Source: Caecitellus pseudoparvulus (lineage: Eukaryota > Protista > Bigyra: Bicosoecida). Taken from it: DNA of 64,000 nt. The notes under the pieces were generated by a model. The model had not been told where the DNA came from. It worked only from the letters and a program-made list of their open reading frames with translations, and did not search any database. Positions 34,901 through 47,900 of this stretch are shown here, piece after piece. Numbering within the stretch: the first letter of the stretch is position 1; every line of letters begins with the position of its first letter. The DNA lies in NCBI GenBank assembly GCA_965644315.1, contig CBFFRQ010000031.1:792413-856412 (forward strand), in the 5' to 3' direction. A program made the position numbers and the translations under genes.

Positions 34901-37299
34901 GCGAGGGCTGCCGCCTCTCGAGCTGCAGCAACGGCTGCACCCTCCGCATCTGCGCGGGCACGGCGAGCGCGGCCTGCCTGCCGCAGCACTGCCCCAGGCA
35001 CGCCCTCATCCCCTGATGACCAGCTATCGTCTTGCCCACCGGCATCAAGCACCGCCTGCCGGTCGTCTGCTGCGCCGCCTTGAGTCAGGGTGGCTGCCGC
35101 CATGGCCTGCAGCTCGCCTGCCGTGCTTTCCACCGCCTGCACAGCAGACTTGACGTGCCGCAGGGACGCGATCTCCGCCGTCAGGGCAGACACACGAGCT
35201 TCCAGGGACACCAGGGAGGCTGCTTGTCCAGCCTCCACCTCCCGCAGCCGCTCCACCGTCTCCTGTGCCTCCTCTGCCGCGCACTTGGCCTCCTGCAGCT
35301 GCTCGCGCAGATCAGCACCTGACGCGTCGGCAGCCGAGACACTCGCCTCCGCCTTGCGACGACCCGCCTCTGCTGCCTGCAACTGCTCCGTCAGGACAGC
35401 CACCTCCCGCTCAGCAGACTCCTGTGCCGCTTCAGCGCGGTCCAGGGCGCGCTCTGCAGCCTGCAGCTTCTCGTCGGCGATGGAGGCGTCCTGCTGCGCG
35501 CGGTCACGGTCGGCCTCTGCCGCTGCCGCTGATCGCTTCAAGCCCTGAATCGTGGACAGCAACTCCCCCTGAATGCCCGCCGCCTCCTCCAGCTCCAGGG
35601 CCTTGCTCGCCAGCGCTGCCGCCGCATCTTCCCCTGAGCCCTGCGTCTCCCGGAGGGCACGCTCGGCGTGGTTCGCGCGGGCCTCGGCCGCCCCGAGCGC
35701 TTCCCCAGTGGAACGCGCCTGGCTCTCCGCGGCGGCAGCCTTGTCCTCGGCCGCCTTCTGGGCAGCCTGTGCAGCTTCTGCGGCAGCGGAGGCATCCCTA
35801 GCCTGCTGCTGTGCCTCGTCCAGCTGCGTCTGCAGGGCAGACTCCTTCTCCTGATGCTCCCGGATGTAGTCCAACAGAGCCGCACGCTCCGCCGGCCACG
35901 CACCAGCCTCGCCGGCGTCTTCGTCGGGGCTGGCAGCACCCGCGCCACCCTGCCCTGCCAGCCTGGCGCGTAGCTGGGCGATGGTGCCCTGTGCCTCCCG
36001 CAGCTGTGTCTCCAGGGACTCCACAGCCACGCGGTGGGCGTTGGACACCGCCGTGCCGCCTGCCTGTGCCTCGGCCTGCGCCACAGGCACAGGCAGGCGC
36101 GAGCGCGAGGACCCCGCGCCAGCCATGGCAGCAGGCCGCTTGGCGTGTGCCGGCATGCCCGTCCCCGTGCGCAGCGCGTGCTCCAGCACGGCGATGTACG
36201 TGCGCGCCTCCTCTGCAGCCTGCGCCTCCCGTGCAAGGTCGCTGGCTGCCCGTGCGTGGGCTGCCTGGGCAGCCGCCACCTCAGCTTGCAGCGAGGCGAC
36301 CTGGGACGCGCTGGGGCGAGCCGTGCCCGCCCGCGCAGGGGGAGAGTACCGGCCCAGCTTGGCCGTCAACGCGGCGTTCTTCTCCGCCAGCGTGTCCGCC
36401 CGGCGGGTGGCGGCGCTCGCCTTCTTCTCCGCCCTGGCAGCCCGGGTGCGGGCGGCGCGGAGCTGGGAGCTCAGTTCGCTCACCTTTGCCTGCGCGGCCG
36501 CCAGGGACGAAGAAGGGGCCACGCCTGCCCGGGAGTTGGACGGACTGCGGAAGGGCTCTGCTGGCTTGCCCAGCATGTGCGGCTGCACAGGGAGCGGGTG
36601 CTTGGGCAATACGTCGGTGAGGCGTTGTTCCACGAGCTCGGCGTAGGACCGGCTCTCTCGAAGCTGCGCGGCCAGCTCGGCGAGTTGCTTGGCCTGTGTG
36701 CGGACTTTGGAGGCCAACTTCTCCTCCCGATCCATGCTGCCCTGCCCTGGGCTGCTGGACGCGGGCGACGGCGCCGTCTGGGAGCCTGCCGAGCCGCCAA
36801 AAGGCGGGTTGTGTACAGTGCGTCGTGCAGTGCTCCCAGGGGGAGCGGCGAACGGCTGACTGGTGCCTGCAAACATGCGAGCGGTGCGGAGGTGCTCGAA
36901 ACGGCCGTGGCACTCCCGGCAATCCTCATGTCACCAGCGGTGAATCTCCCTGCACCATGGTGCATACAGCTGTCATCACGTGGACACAATGCACTAGTTT
37001 CATGCAAGCAACCAGTCTCAGCCGTGCGCATTCGGGAGCTCTGTCCCACCAAACATGGCACCGAACCGTAACGGCAGACTCACCTGTGCTGGCTGTCGAG
37101 GACGGCGGCGGAGAGTACAGCTGCATGTTCATGACACCAGACAGTGCACCAAGCGCGCCTGGGTGATCAGCTTCTTGATCCTCAGGGGCATACTCCATCC
37201 CTCCCGCTTGCATGTCGTCTGTGAGCAGGGCACCTCTTGGTCGGTGCGGCGTTGCGCTGGCGTTTCATTCTGCACCGCCTCACCTTCAAAAGGATCCAT
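31966..37299 (-). CDS. Very long Ala/Glu/Gln-rich coiled-coil protein (cytoskeletal or basal-body-like; family not identified), 3 exons
   Basis: ATG 37299 (MDPFE|DDMQAGG..STG|TSQP). Introns 37283-37219 and 37083-36867 are both GTGAG..CAG and in phase with the 1636-aa ORF. Heptad-rich throughout. Confidence 0.75.
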
Positions 37300-37421
37300 T
37301 TCCCCAGATCAGCATGTACAGCGGCTGGAGTAGCAAGGAGGACACCTTGTGTCTACATTCAGGCCAGGTTGGGCCTTCGGCAGCGATGTGCAGTTTGGGC
37401 AGAGCTGCAGGATGCTGAGCG

Positions 37422-38542
37422 TCAGCTCGCACTGTGCTCGCCCCCCTCCAGAGATGCCCTGGCCAGCGCCTCTGAATGCTCCAGGTAGTACACACTGGCA
37501 GACAGCAACCAGGCAGCTTGTTCTGCATCCAGAGTGCGTGGCACATCCGGCCTCACCTTGCATGCCCTGCTTGAGCGGGTGCCCCGGAAAACATGCCTCC
37601 ACACAGGCCACGGCAGCGGTGGCAAGAGGCAGTCTGGGAGGCCTGGCACGGGCGCGAGCGGGACCTGCAAGGGAAAAGGAGAACCACTCGACCCTTGGCC
37701 TGTTCCCACGCTTGCCCCTGACTTGGCCCACGCCTCTGGCTGCAGGTCCATGCCGGGAGCAGCCCCAGCCAACCACCCCCCCTGCAGACACTCCCTGTCC
37801 ACGATGTGCAGGAACAGCAGTGTTCCGTGAGGTGAGATCCGGGGTGCTACTTTCGCCATGCGCCCCGAGGCTGGCGCCCCCACAAGCTGCCGTTGCAAGC
37901 ACTCAGCCCATGTGGCAGAGGTGCAGCTAAACACCGCTGCTGGCAGGCAGCCCCCCTCCCACGCGGCAGCCACAGGACCCACACATGCGTGCCTGTACTG
38001 CACTTGGAGGGGAACAAATGCCTGTGGCGCTGGCTTCCACCCGGACAGCCGTTCTTGCACAACTGAGGGCAGGCTGCCCTGCTCCTCAGCGGCCCCTGTG
38101 GGCGCAGCACCCACACTCGCAGCGGCAGGGGGGGGCTTCGGAGGCTGCCCTGCCGTGCTTGCAGCACTTCCCTCCTGGGGCAGTGTGAGGGGCATGTGCT
38201 GTTGCGCTGGTCGGTCCTCCTGCTGGGCTGCAAGGTCCTCGCTCAACGCAGCTGCCAGGTCACGAGTCATGGTAGCTGTGATGCCAAAGCGCTCCCCCCA
38301 GCCCGCCAACTCACACATGAACCGTGCTCGAAAGTTAGCATCAACTGCACTGCGCTCGAGAGCTGCTTGGCATGTGCGCATGAAGTCCTGCGACGTGCAG
38401 GCATGGGCAAGCCAGTGACGAGAAGGGAGCACAGGCGGGCGCCAGCTCCACGGACGTATTGGGACCATTCCTCATGCCTTGCCTGGCTCGCAGCACTGTG
38501 GACAGACTCTGTTCTGTGGTCAGTTGGGTGTGAGCCTTCCAT
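37422..38542 (-). CDS. DCD (development and cell death) domain protein
   Basis: AVFSCTSATWAECLQRQLVGAP..ISPHGTLLFL..LQGGWLAGAAPGMDLQPEAW..SPFPLQV..PPLP follows the DCD pattern (IFxCxxxTxxExLxRxLFGLP..LFL..LxGxxxA..AW..FPAQV). The first exon (ATG 38542) is inferred. Confidence 0.7.
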
Positions 38543-38998
38543 GCCTTTCCGGGTCCCCCAAGCTGAACCAGGCGCAAAAAGCCAGGCCCGGGAACCAATT
38601 TCCGCTGCAGCTTCCACAGCCCACTGCGGCCGCACTGCTTCAAGGGGCCTTCCCTGCGATAGAAGAGCTCTGCATCAAACGTTGCCGCAATTTTTGGGGT
38701 GCGCGGACAGTAGGAATTGTGTTTTGTGTCTTTCCTGCGATCGGAGAGGCCCAGGCGGCACCCCCACGTCTCCCGGCACACAATCTGCCACAGGCCGGTT
38801 GCGACAAATCGCAAAACAAGTACACTTGAAGTGTATTGAGGGCTGTGTTGATTCCTTCAACGCACGCGAGACCACACCGCCTTCCCTCACAGTGCTCGGG
38901 TGCAGCGTTGGGGCGGAGTCGACTCAAGGTCGCGCGGAGCTGTCCCCCGGCCCGATCCGCTGTGCAGCCGGCGAGCGCCACCTGAGCAGGCGGGCGCC

Positions 38999-41900
38999 AT
39001 GGACATCCTCCTGCACTGGCTGCAAGATGAGGTGAAGCTGCCGGGCCCTGTGGACGATCTGGCAGAGCACTTCAGCAATGGCTACGCCTTCGCTGTGGTG
39101 CTGCACAACACCAACCAAATGACGCCAGCAGAGTTCGGCCAGTGTGTGCAGGACGAAAAGAGCGACTCCAAGATTCAGAACTACTGCCAACTCTTTCCAG
39201 TCTTCCGACGGCTGGGCATCAAGTTCGACGCTCGCGTTGCCCAGCAGCTCATGCTGCGCAAGCCTGGCATCGCCCAGCGTGTGTTGTACGAGCTGCGGAC
39301 GGTACTGGCGCCCCTGTCCCGGGTGCGGGTGGGACGTGACTCGGAGTCCAAGCAACGCTTGCTGAAGCAACGCTTGACGACCCGCAAGCCTCAGTACGAC
39401 GCGGCACAGGCTGCGATTTTTGAGCGCAACATCCGCGCCGCTGCTGAGAACCAAAACGCCGTCTTCCTCGACAAGCACATGGCCAAGTTCAAGCAGCACG
39501 TGGACGAGCTGTGGGCCAGTCGAGACGCGACACATGCTGCCCGGGTGGGGGCGCACCGCAGCGCTCTGCGCCAGCAGCGCCAGCAGCGCTTGCACGCTCT
39601 GCGCACACGGCACATGGTGGTGCATGCGCGAGAGGAGGCAGGTATCCGCGAGTGGCAGCGCAACCAGGAGATTCGCCTCGCACAAGTCCTGGCAGCGAGG
39701 GAGTTCCGGGCGACCAAGGCGGCCAAGGCACGGGCCGCTGCGAGGCGGCGAGTCGCCGACGCCCAGCGCGACACCACGTCAGACATTGCGGCGTTCGAGG
39801 CGAGGGCTGTGGCACAAGGCGTGCCGGTGGTCGGCGCTGAGCCGTTGGACGAAGCCACCTTGCGTCGCAGCGTGGCGCCGGAAGCTGGCGAGCCGAGCAC
39901 GGAAGAGGAAGCCAAGCTCGCGCAGCTGCCGGGCACCACCCTGACGTCCCAGGACACCCTGCACCTCCGCTTGACCCGCAAACTGGCCACCATCCAGGCG
40001 AGGGAGGACAGCGAGCCTTCCCCTGTCATGCAGCGCCTGCAGTCCAGGGGAGGCGGTGGCGGCGAGGCGCTGGCTGCCCGTGCCGCGCGCCGAAGCGCCT
40101 TCCTCGTCGCATCCCGTGCAAGTCGCACGCGCCTGCACGCCAGGCAACGCCACGCCCAGCTGAAGGGCCTGCTCATGCACCGGTGTGCCTCTGAGCAAGA
40201 GTTAGATGACGTGGTGCTGCGCACCCTCAAGTGTGAGCTGGTGTTCCGGCAGAACCGCGCCTGCCGCGAGGCTGCCGTGGCGGAGCAGGCCAGGCGCGAT
40301 GCCGACCTGCAGCTGGCCCGCCAGCGCGCTTCGCTGCTGCAGCAGCAGAGTGCCTTTGAGGACGATGTCACTGCCTCGGCAGACGGAATGGTGGAGGCCG
40401 CGGGGGCTCGGCGTCGAGCGCACGTGCACAGGGCGCACGCGATCGCCCTCGCCTGTGTGCAGGAGCTTGTCGAGGCTGCGCTGGGCTTGGCATGTGCGAG
40501 GGAAGCCAGTAACATGCGGCTGTTGGAGCAAAGTGCGGGCTCTGCGGCGATGCCGTCCCTGTGTGTTCCGCAGCAGGGCGAGGAAGAGGGGAAGGAAGCG
40601 GAGGGGAAGGAAGAGAGGGGTGGTGTGGCGAAGGCGGATGGGGGAGTGCTAGTGCAATGTCCTGGAGGGGTTGACCCGCTGGCTGCCATTTTCACGCGGG
40701 TTGGCTTCAGGCACGCTGCTGGCATGCACAGCCACACTCAGTGGGCTGCCTCGCAAGCACTGCCGCTTCCCGACGTGCTGGCCACCCCTGACTTCGACGA
40801 CGTCGTGTCACCCAAAGCAGGCGGGCGCAAGAGCCCCTCTGGTCGGCGCTCGCGGGCATCAGACACCGCGGATGATGCTCACACTGAAGTGCTGGCTGTT
40901 CAGCGGGCTGCTGCAGCGTCACTTGGCGGCGCTGGTGCGGCCACACTGCCCGCTGACGCGGCAGCACATGAAACCAGCCACTCGCAGCCCATGCCAGGAG
41001 TGCCCATTCCCCCTGGTGTCGTGGTGGCCATGTTGGGCGTGCAGGCTCAGCCTGCAGGCTGCAGCTCGCACGGCGAGGGCCCCAGTGCGCTGGACGAGGG
41101 CCTGCCCAAGGCAAGTGTGGAAGTCAGCGTGGGTGGCGAAGACGACGCTTCAGAAGGCGGAGACGGTGAGGAAGGCGCTGATGCCGGAGCTGTGGAGCGC
41201 ATCCAGGCGCGTTCGGGCCGCGAAGATGACGTGGAACAGCTGCGCCTGCCCTCGGGAGCTGGGGAAGGGGGGGCTGTTTCTGTCGGTGGTAGCTTGGAGC
41301 AGGCGCCAGTCCAGTCTGGGGATGGTTCTGCAGAGCTGCTTCCGCAGCAGGCGTCTTGTGGCATGGCTGACACAGAGGCGAGTCCAGTTGCCATGGAGCT
41401 GTTTCAGCACTACGTTGCCGGGCACTTTGTGTGGCCAGCCGACGCCCCCGTGCCAGATGTGTTGGGCGACGAGGAGGCGGTGGCGGCTGCTCAGGCCCCA
41501 CTGGAGGCACCCTTCCCGCCAGTGCTGGAGGCGGAGTCCAGCCTTCTGTCGCCAAAGAAGAGCCCTTCCAGCAAGAAAGGCAGGGCAGACGTTGCCGAGG
41601 TGGTCCTTCCGCATCCCGCCCCGCAGCCTGCTCTTGCCGCAGAGCCTCAGCTGCATGCTGCAAAGCACCTACTTGGCAGCGTCTTGCAAAAGCTTCGCCG
41701 GGCAACTGGCCCAGAACCAGCCCTGCCCCCAGCGTGCGATGTTCCGCAGTTTCCCCTCACCGTGGCGCTTGTGGGCCCTCCGGGCTCGGGAGTCAGCACG
41801 CAAGCTGGCTTCTTGGCCGCAGCACTGTCCTTGAAGGTGTTGCGTCCCAATGCGCTCATGTCACAGGCCCTGAGCATGGCAGATGGCAGCCTGTCCACGG

Positions 41901-44900
41901 AGCAGTGCGACCTCACTGCACCCCACGCTGAAGCCCTGAAGAAGGTCGGGCAGCACGCACGGGCGGCAATGGCAGAGGGCGCAGCTGTGCCGGAGGTGTG
42001 CATGGTTCAAGCTGTCTTGTGTGGCATTCGCGACATGGCACGCGCACCAGTGGACCCGTCCCTGGTCCCACTGCCTGCGCACGGCGAACTCCCCTCTCCC
42101 AGCGCTGATGAGGCTGACGTTGAGCAGCCTCATGACACGGTGCCCGCTGCAGCTGCCGCCCCCATGGAAGATGCCAACGAAGAAGAGCAGAAGTATGAAG
42201 AGACGGGGCCAGCGAGTGCCAAGCCTAATGCCCGAGAGCAAGCCCATCGAGGATGGATTTTGGACGGCTTCCCGCAGACTCTCACTCAGGCAGTGCTGTT
42301 AGAAGAAGCCCTGACCTGGCAAGCTCCTGATCTGGGCCCTGGGCTGCCGGAGCGAGCCCGTGTGGAGGGCCGGGGGACATGGGATGCCAGTGCTGCCCGA
42401 CAGAAGGAACCCACTCAAGAGGACGCTTGGGAAGCGGGCATGGTGCCGCCGGTGCCGCCACACCCTGTTCTTGACGCGGACGCAGATGAGGAGGACGGCC
42501 TACCCAGCCATCGAGCGCCCCAGCCTGCCTCTGCCCCAGTTCCCCTGCCCAAGCACCCCCATGGCGTTAAGCTCCTGATCCGCCTCGTGCTGCCCCCTGA
42601 ACAAGCCCTGCGCAAGGTGCTTGGCGTGCGTGTGGACCCATCCCGCTTGGTCACCTTGGAAGCTTCAGATGCCGCTGAAGCAGCTGCCGTGCCAAGGGAT
42701 GAAACAGGGTCGCTGCAAGACGTCTTGGATGGTGACGTACCGTCCGCTGGCTCTGCCGTGTTTGGCCACGAGGGCGTCGACAGCACTGTCCGAGCTGGAG
42801 CCCGAGGCTTGAACCCACCCGCAGCTCTGCAGGGAGAAGCCATGAACGTGGTCGTGGGTGCTGAGCCGCTCCAATCCGTGATAGAAGGCAAGGCTGCGCA
42901 GGAAGAAGAGGAAGAGGAGGTGCGTCCCGCCACACCTCAGCGCCGGGCCGAAGCAGGCGGCCCCTCTTCGAGCACAGCGCCGCGCCAAGGCGTGGTTGGC
43001 GCAGAACACCTCGCCGCACAGGAGCAAGCGACCGCCACATTTACCGCCGGCTTGCCTGGAGCAGTCCCAGCAGTGGATGAGGTGCGCCCAGGCGGAGGTC
43101 AGCAGGAGCCCCAAGTGCACGAAGTATCCCCGGATGCCATGTTGCCCGTGCTGCCGGGCGGCTACGTAGTGTCTGCGCGACGAGGACATGTGGCATACCA
43201 CCTGGACTTGAACCCGCCACCCCACAAGTGCCGCACGGTGGAGGGCCTTGTTCCTCCTTCAAGCATCGACGCTGGCACAGCAGCGCGGCTGCCGAGTACC
43301 CTGACAAGCAGCACACTGCGCCTGCCGCCACCAGTGCTTGCAGAGGCCATGGAACGGTACTTTAACAGTGTTGAAGGCGTGGACGAGTTCTTCTGGGCAG
43401 GCAGTCGGGGTTCAGTGCTGCGCGTCGCTGCCTGGCGCCCGCACTTTGGCACTGGGCAAGGCAGAGAGGCTGACAGCGACGGTGATCAAGACAGCGCTGA
43501 GGAAGGCAAGAGCGCCAGTGACCTGGTCGGGGTGGAGGAAGGCGCTGGTGTGGTGGCAGATGGGGACGGGCGTGTCCTGTGGGGCAGCGATGCATGGGCC
43601 GAGTACGCGCCTGTGGGCGCCTGGGCTGCCAGCGGAAAGGGGGACGTGCTGACGGAGGCAAGCCTCTTCGCAGTGCTGAGTCGTGCAGCCTCGGCTGCCG
43701 AGGAAGACATTGCCGCTCGTGAGGCAGCTCGTGAGCAGGCGTGGAAAGAAACCCTTGAGCACAGGGATGCGGCCTTGGCCGCCGATGCCACAAGCGCTGC
43801 CACGGAGCTCGCCTTCCGCCGCGGGGAAGACATGCATGTGCAAGTTGTCGATGCTTTGGAGGCTCAGCAGGCAGAAGCCGCTGCAGCGGCCGTGGCTGCA
43901 GCGGCCTCCAAGAAATCTGGCTCCAAGGGCAAGTCCGAAAGTCCAAAGGCAAGTGTGGCAGAAGGCAAGTCTGTGGATGATGATGGATCCGAGCATGACA
44001 GTGCCCAGGAGGAGGCGTTGACCGCCTCTTCCTTGGCTGCAGAGGAAGCTGAGGTGGTCGCGCCAAGTCTGCACGAACCGTATGTGATTGCCCCCGACCT
44101 TCCACCTGCTCCTTCCTTGGCCCAGGTTCCTCCAGCCTCGCCAACTTCCGAGCCTGCCGTGCATGACACAGCTGAGGACGTGTCCCCCCAGCGGGCGGAA
44201 GCACAGGCTGCAGCTCAGGCTGCCCTTGCAGCGCGAGCCGCTGCCCAAGCGCTGGTTGTCACTCCAACACGCTTCGCAGGGGCTTTGGAAGACTCTGTGC
44301 CTCGAGACAAGGCGCTGAGCCTCCTTGCGCAACTCTGGCAGCAGGCAGTGTCACACTACGGGCAAACGCTCAGCAGCAGCTTCCACGGAGCTGCCATGGA
44401 GCAAGTGGGTGTGCACGCGCGGTTGGGGGAAACGAGCCGTCTTGTGCACCGCTTCTTGCGGCGCCCCGTCCCCACCTACCAGGCTCTCATGCGCCATGCA
44501 CAAGACGCCATCAACAGCTTGTCTTGGGCTGAGCGCATGGGGCCCTCAGCGGAGGCCTGGTCTCAAGCCCCGTCTGTTGAAGAAGCAGCATTGCAGGTGT
44601 GGGTGGAGGAGGCTCTGGAAGCCTCGGGTGGCAGCAAAGCTGCCGCCTCAAAGAAGGGCAAGGGTGCCGCTACGCCCGAAGCACAGGAGCCGTCGCCTGA
44701 AGCAGAGGCTGAGAAAGCAGCCTTGCGTGCGGCTGCGACCCGAGCTCAGCTGGCGGAGACGGTGCAGGTTGCCGCCAACTGCATGTTGGCCACTGCCGAA
44801 GCCCGGCGGGAGAGCGCCTTGCACCTGCTGCACGCTAAGGGGGACGACGGGTGGGTGCAGTACGTGCAAGGGGCGCTGGCGTCCCACTTCTGCAGCGCAG

Positions 44901-47900
44901 TGCAGGCAGAGGGCGACCGCCTTGTCGCCTCTCGCCTAGTGCTGATGGGGTACATGCGGGCGGCAGATGGGGCTGATGGCTGTGGTATCCTGACCGGTCG
45001 CAATGCTGCGCACACCCAGGACCCTGAGGATGAGGACACCGCCTCCACACCTCGCAAAGGCAAAGCCACTGGTGCCAGTCCGAAGAGCGGCAGCAAGAAG
45101 TCCGCAGCATCAGAAGACATCATGCCCGATTGCACCTCGGACATCCTGCAGCTCAGGGAGCATCTCGAAGGGACAGCACTCAGCGCCGTGGGAGCAGGGG
45201 AGTTGCTCGCTGCTGGCCATGTGCCGCTGCCCTGGGAGGGTTCCACAGGCGACGACCGCACCCCCTCCACCCCTCGTAAGGGTGCAGGGGGGAAGAAGGG
45301 CGGCGCTTCCAAGGCTGGCAAGGCCGTCGAGGAAGAGTCCAGTGCAGTCTGGCCACTGGCCGGTCCATCCCCTGCCGCAGCTATTGGCCCTGTGATTGCC
45401 CCCGTCTGCGCAACCCTCCCAGTTGCCCCCCCCCGTGCGGCACAGCCGACCCTTGCATCAGTTCCGGTCGTTCCGCCTCCGGCGCCAGATGCTTGTGACG
45501 CTCTGTGGCAGGCAGTCAAGCAAGACACAGCAGCAGCCCCTGATACAGCCCGCTCTGGCAGCAGCGCGGGTAAGAAGCGCAGCCCACGCAAGGGGCCTTC
45601 TGCAGTTGACCCAGATGATGATGGACTGCAGCACTGGCCCACTGGTTGGCCTGCAGCCAGTGAGCTTCCAGGCACTCCCCCCAGCGAGTGGGAGGCTGTT
45701 GCTGAAGCGGCAGGGGAAGCGGCGTCCCGACTGCGCACGCTGATCCAGGGTGCTGCACTTGGCACCGGCGTTGGTGTGCCAGCCCATGGGGCGCAAGAAC
45801 AGGCGCTCATGGAAGTTCTGGGCGCTGCAGTCGCTTCACTTGCCCGGGCCACGGCAAGCGAGTCCCTGGCACAGCACTTTGCCGTGCAAGCTGCAGCTCG
45901 GGCAGAGGCACTGAGCGCTGCACAGGGCGGCAAGGGCAGCAAGAAGGGCGGCAGCAGCAAAGCAGGCAGCAAGAAGGACAAGCGCAAAGGAGGCAAGGAT
46001 GACCCTGCTCCCGACGAAGTCCAGCAAGCGCTGGCTTGGCGAGATGCCGCCTGTCCACCTCCAAGAGCGGACCAAGCGTTGCGACTGGCCCTGCAGGGTG
46101 CCGAGTCGCTTGCAGTCAACGTGCTGCGCCTGGTGGACGCCGAGGCGCAGACGCAAGAGCTGCAACGCCAGCGCCACGCCGCCCTTGCTGTTGCCCGCGA
46201 GCGCCAGCGGCGCCGCCTCGAGTCGGAAGCTGCTGAAGCGGAAGCAGAGGCAACAGCGGCGATGGAGGCAGCACAGCTGGCTGAGGAGGAGGCTGCCGCT
46301 GCTGCAGCCGCTGCGGCAGCGTCGCCCAAGAAGGCATCCAGCAAGAAGGACAAGGCATCCGCCGGCAAGGGGGGCGGGAAGAAAGACAAGAAGGCAGGCA
46401 AGGAGGAGGTCGTCGAAGCGTCCCACCTCCCCCTCCCTGATGCAGGGCACGCAACCGTTCCCCCTGCCACCTGGTCAGCGGTTGTCGCCCAAGTGCAAGA
46501 GTTCCGTCGCCGTGTGCGGCAGTTGTGCACGGCAGCTGGTCGAATGTGCGCAGCTGTGGAGGCTGCGGCGTCCCGAGCCATGCGCGCTGGCGAAGCACGC
46601 ATAAACTACATCATTGACCAGGAAGTCCGCGCCGTGCGTGCTTTTGAGGCCTACGCCATGCAGGCCGTGGCTTCTGGCGCTCGGCTGCCATACGAACTGC
46701 GCTTTGTGCGGCCTCACGCAGCAGCTGACCTGGACTTGCTCCTGCCTCATCATGTGCAGCAGACGCCCAGCTTGCTGCCTTACCAAGTCCCCGAAGCTGC
46801 CGCGCTGGGACGGGGAGTTCCGCACCCGTTCGCTTTGGACGCGGCCCATGGCTTGAGTGCTGAGCCAGTGCCGGAGCCTGCGGAGCACAGCGAGGGCAAG
46901 GATGCTGCTGGTGCCCCTGGGCTGCCTCTCCTCAAGGCTCCCGTGCAGCTAGTGAGCCCGACTGGAGATCCACTTGACCCCACGCCATCAAGTGATCCGC
47001 AGGAACACGCGCTCCCGTACTTTCAACTACACTTCCACGTGGACATCACCAAGCGCGTGCTGCCGCCCCCCACTGCGAACCCCAGGCCCCCGCTACTCGT
47101 CACGGACACACCGCTGCCGTTAGATGCGTCTGTGGGGCCAGCCACGCCCACCCCGCAAGCCCTGTACGCGCTCGCCATGCGGCTGCGAGGTGCGTCGCTG
47201 CGATCTGCTGTGGGCGGCGCGCTGCACGAGCGCATGTACCACGTGGACTCGGACGTGCTGTGGCCCTCACCGCCACCCATGCATGCGGAGAGCATGGAGC
47301 TGTCTGCAGGGGAAGGTGAGCAAGAGGAGGAAGAAGCGGAGGCAGAAGTGTCACGCAAGCCTTCGTCCAAGAGCGGCAAGAGCCAGAGCGCTGGAAAGGG
47401 CAAGGGCGGAAAGAAGGCTGGAACTAAGGAAGGTGACGAGGCCGAGGCGCTAGCCACTGCCCAGTCAGCCACTGCGCAGGCAGTGCTGGAGCGGGAAAGG
47501 CAGCTGCTTGGCGCCGAGCTGGCACCTGCCGGCACGTTCTTGACGCTGCGAGAGTTCCTGGACACTGTGTCGCAGGCTGTGCAAGAAGGAGAGCTACCCG
47601 AGGCATGGAAGTGGCTCCCTGAGCAAGCGCTGGCAGAGCTTGGACTCTGCTTTGCCACATCCCTGGACGACCTTGGGTCCTGGAGCGTGCACGTGGAGGT
47701 GGAGCCTGAGTCCAGCGTGCAAGCCCGCATCCAGTACGCGAAGTGGCAAGCGAAAGAAGTGGAGCGCTTGGTGAAGGAGGAGCGCGAAGCACAGGCGAAG
47801 GCCGATGCAGAGGAGGCTGAACGGCTGGGCATCACCATCGCTGAAGTGGTGGCCATGCGCAAGGCCAGCACCAGTGGGCGCCAGGCGGCAGAAGACGGGG

